IMG/VR virus record: IMGVR_UViG_3300045988_069369
Length of the DNA stretch: 40,915 bases
From: a virus
Direction: 5' to 3' (one strand)
Translations under genes and position numbers: made by a program
The notes under the pieces: generated by a model
Seen by the model: the letters and a program-made list of their open reading frames with translations, nothing else
Told to the model about the DNA's origin: nothing
Databases searched by the model: none
Part shown: positions 39,955 through 40,915 of the stretch, one piece after another
How positions within the stretch are numbered: position 1 is the first letter of the stretch
Layout of the letters: every line of letters begins with the position of its first letter

Positions 39955-40001
39955 AAAATAAATAATGAAAATTTAAACTGGTCGAATTCGACCAGTTTAA
40001 A
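39955..40001 (-). terminator. Strong palindromic hairpin terminator
   Basis: The minus strand reads TTTAAACTGGTCG-AATT-CGACCAGTTTAAA (13-bp perfect stem) followed by TTTTCATTATTTATTTT. Confidence 0.7.
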
Positions 40002-40161
40002 AGCATGGCTGGATAATCCTCCAGCGGGGTTAACGATTAGAGAGGAATGACTTCTCTAACTCCTCATTGTGCTTCTTAGGCTTATCGCCGAGGAACAGTT
40101 TTTAAGCTCTACCAAGCCACATAACGTGCTTCAATTATGCGTCCGTATTACTACGAATCCA
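39955..40161 (-). ncRNA. Candidate small non-coding RNA (about 200 nt) between the endolysin terminator and the large unit
   Basis: The promoter TTGACA-N18-TAGAAT lies at 40197-40168. No ORF is present. Hairpins include UCGUA-GUAA-UACGG (GNRA loop), UUAGAGA...UCUCUAA and GCUGGA-GGAUUA-UCCAGC, followed by tandem terminators. Confidence 0.4.
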
Positions 40162-40167
40162 ATTTCT

Positions 40168-40197
40168 ATTCTACACCATTATCACTTTTTTTGTCAA
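40168..40197 (-). promoter_or_regulatory. Promoter TTGACA-N18-TAGAAT immediately after the endolysin terminator
   Basis: The minus strand reads TTGACAaaaaaagtgataatggtgTAGAAT. Confidence 0.5.
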
Positions 40198-40229
40198 ACA
40201 AAAAAGCCCCAGCCACGAAGACTGGGGGT
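40195..40229 (-). terminator. Intrinsic terminator of the late operon (after the endolysin)
   Basis: The minus strand reads CCCCAG-TCTTCGTGG-CTGGGG followed by CTTTTTTGTTTG, 10 nt after the stop at 40240. Confidence 0.8.
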
Positions 40230-40239
40230 GTTAAGGCAT

Positions 40240-40915
40240 TTATTTAACTTTTAGCGTTTGACCGATGTAGATGAGATTAGCATTTGATAGACTGTTAAGA
40301 CTAGCGATTGATTGGTAGCTAGTGTTGTAACGGCTTGCAATAGCTGATAGGGTATCTCCTGCTCGCACCGTGTAATAAACTGACCCAGCGCTTGCTGCGC
40401 CGTTGACACGCAAGGTTTGCCCCGCAAAAATGAGATTTGGATTTGAAATACCATTCAAACTTGCTAACGCTTGATAGCTAGTATTAAATTTGGCAGCTAT
40501 ACTAGACAACGTATCTCCAGATTTTACCGTATACGTTCCGCCTGCTGCTGGTGCTTGGATTGGTGCAGATGAAACCGCGATGACCTCAACGTCTGATTTG
40601 TTGATCCATGAATTTACACCAGCTAGCAACACACGATTGCCAGATACTTGAGCCACATCGTATGTGCGACCTTTGGTCCAACTTGGGATACCTTGACCAG
40701 TCGCCCAGTTGTTAGCACTGAATTTAACCTTAACTTGGTTTCCTGTATTAATATCAGAATTAGGAGTGTTTTCTGCTTGTTGACCTTGACTAATAGCTGG
40801 TGTATTAGTCACTGGATTGTTGTTCTTAGTGTAACCATTGTCCGTGATACCAGTCAAGTCGATGTTACCGTCAAGACCGCCTGCGATATAAGTAGAGGTA
40901 AACTGATAGATAGAC
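40240..40915 (-). CDS. Endolysin, C-terminal part (SH3-like segment plus two LysM repeats); same gene as 1..721
   Basis: Track ORF 40240..40857 extended in frame to the window end. The LysM repeats are [43 protein letters not shown] and [43 protein letters not shown]. Confidence 0.9.
   Translation of the reverse strand, partial: SIYQFTSTYIAGGLDGNIDLTGITDNGYTKNNNPVTNTPAISQGQQAENTPNSDINTGNQVKVKFSANNWATGQGIPSWTKGRTYDVAQVSGNRVLLAGVNSWINKSDVEVIAVSSAPIQAPAAGGTYTVKSGDTLSSIAAKFNTSYQALASLNGISNPNLIFAGQTLRVNGAASAGSVYYTVRAGDTLSAIASRYNTSYQSIASLNSLSNANLIYIGQTLKVK
40797..40915. repeat. Second copy of the window-end duplication (equals 1-119)
   Basis: Same comparison as for 1-119. Confidence 0.97.

Noticed and set aside
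39112-40239. cos/pac packaging site or replication origin as the function of the coding desert
   Set aside because: The iteron origin is already identifiable inside the initiator gene. Packaging signals are expected near terS (21140-21290), where repeats do occur. The desert instead shows promoter/terminator punctuation typical of transcription units.

Overview
The window is a complete phage genome. Bases 1-119 are identical to 40797-40915, so the unit is 40,796 bp, circular or circularly permuted, and the assembly was opened inside the endolysin gene. It looks like a siphovirus of a low-GC Gram-positive, Lactobacillales-type host; that host call is inferred from gene content. Every credible gene lies on the minus strand, so the biological order runs from high to low coordinates.

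Gene order:
- 39111-36023: early single-gene cassettes, each behind a perfect TTGACA-N17-TATAAT promoter, plus an antirepressor and Cro-like/HTH genes.
- 35717-30386: replication and recombination module. It holds a RepA_N/DnaD-type initiator with internal iterons, a DnaC-like loader, Erf, SSB and RusA.
- 30230-22236: accessory block. It holds five DUF1642-like paralogs, two HNH homing endonucleases, a DUF3310-like gene, a relic C5-methyltransferase, and an orphan N6-adenine methyltransferase with a half-size HsdS-like subunit.
- 22222-21959: cluster of non-canonical tRNA-like elements.
- 21699-1: late activator, then the late operon: TerS, TerL, portal, Mu-F/gp7-like protein, tRNA-Lys, scaffold, decoration protein, major capsid, connectors, major tail protein, G/G-T chaperones with a -1 frameshift, tape measure, Dit, a 1736-aa Tal/host-recognition protein, holin and a signal-peptide GH25-LysM endolysin.

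No integrase, repressor or attP was found. The slot between lysis and early genes (39112-40239) is instead a 1.1-kb coding desert with its own promoters and terminators.

The most interesting signal sits in that desert. A unit of about 635 nt (39890->39255, minus strand) runs from promoter to terminator. Its first nucleotides pair with a segment about 545 nt downstream in a 30-bp helix. The only three imperfections in that helix are G-U pairs on the transcribed strand. I read it as a candidate large structured RNA of GOLLD/ROOL size class and context, but family membership is unverified.

All family names are recognised by eye from motifs. No database search was run.
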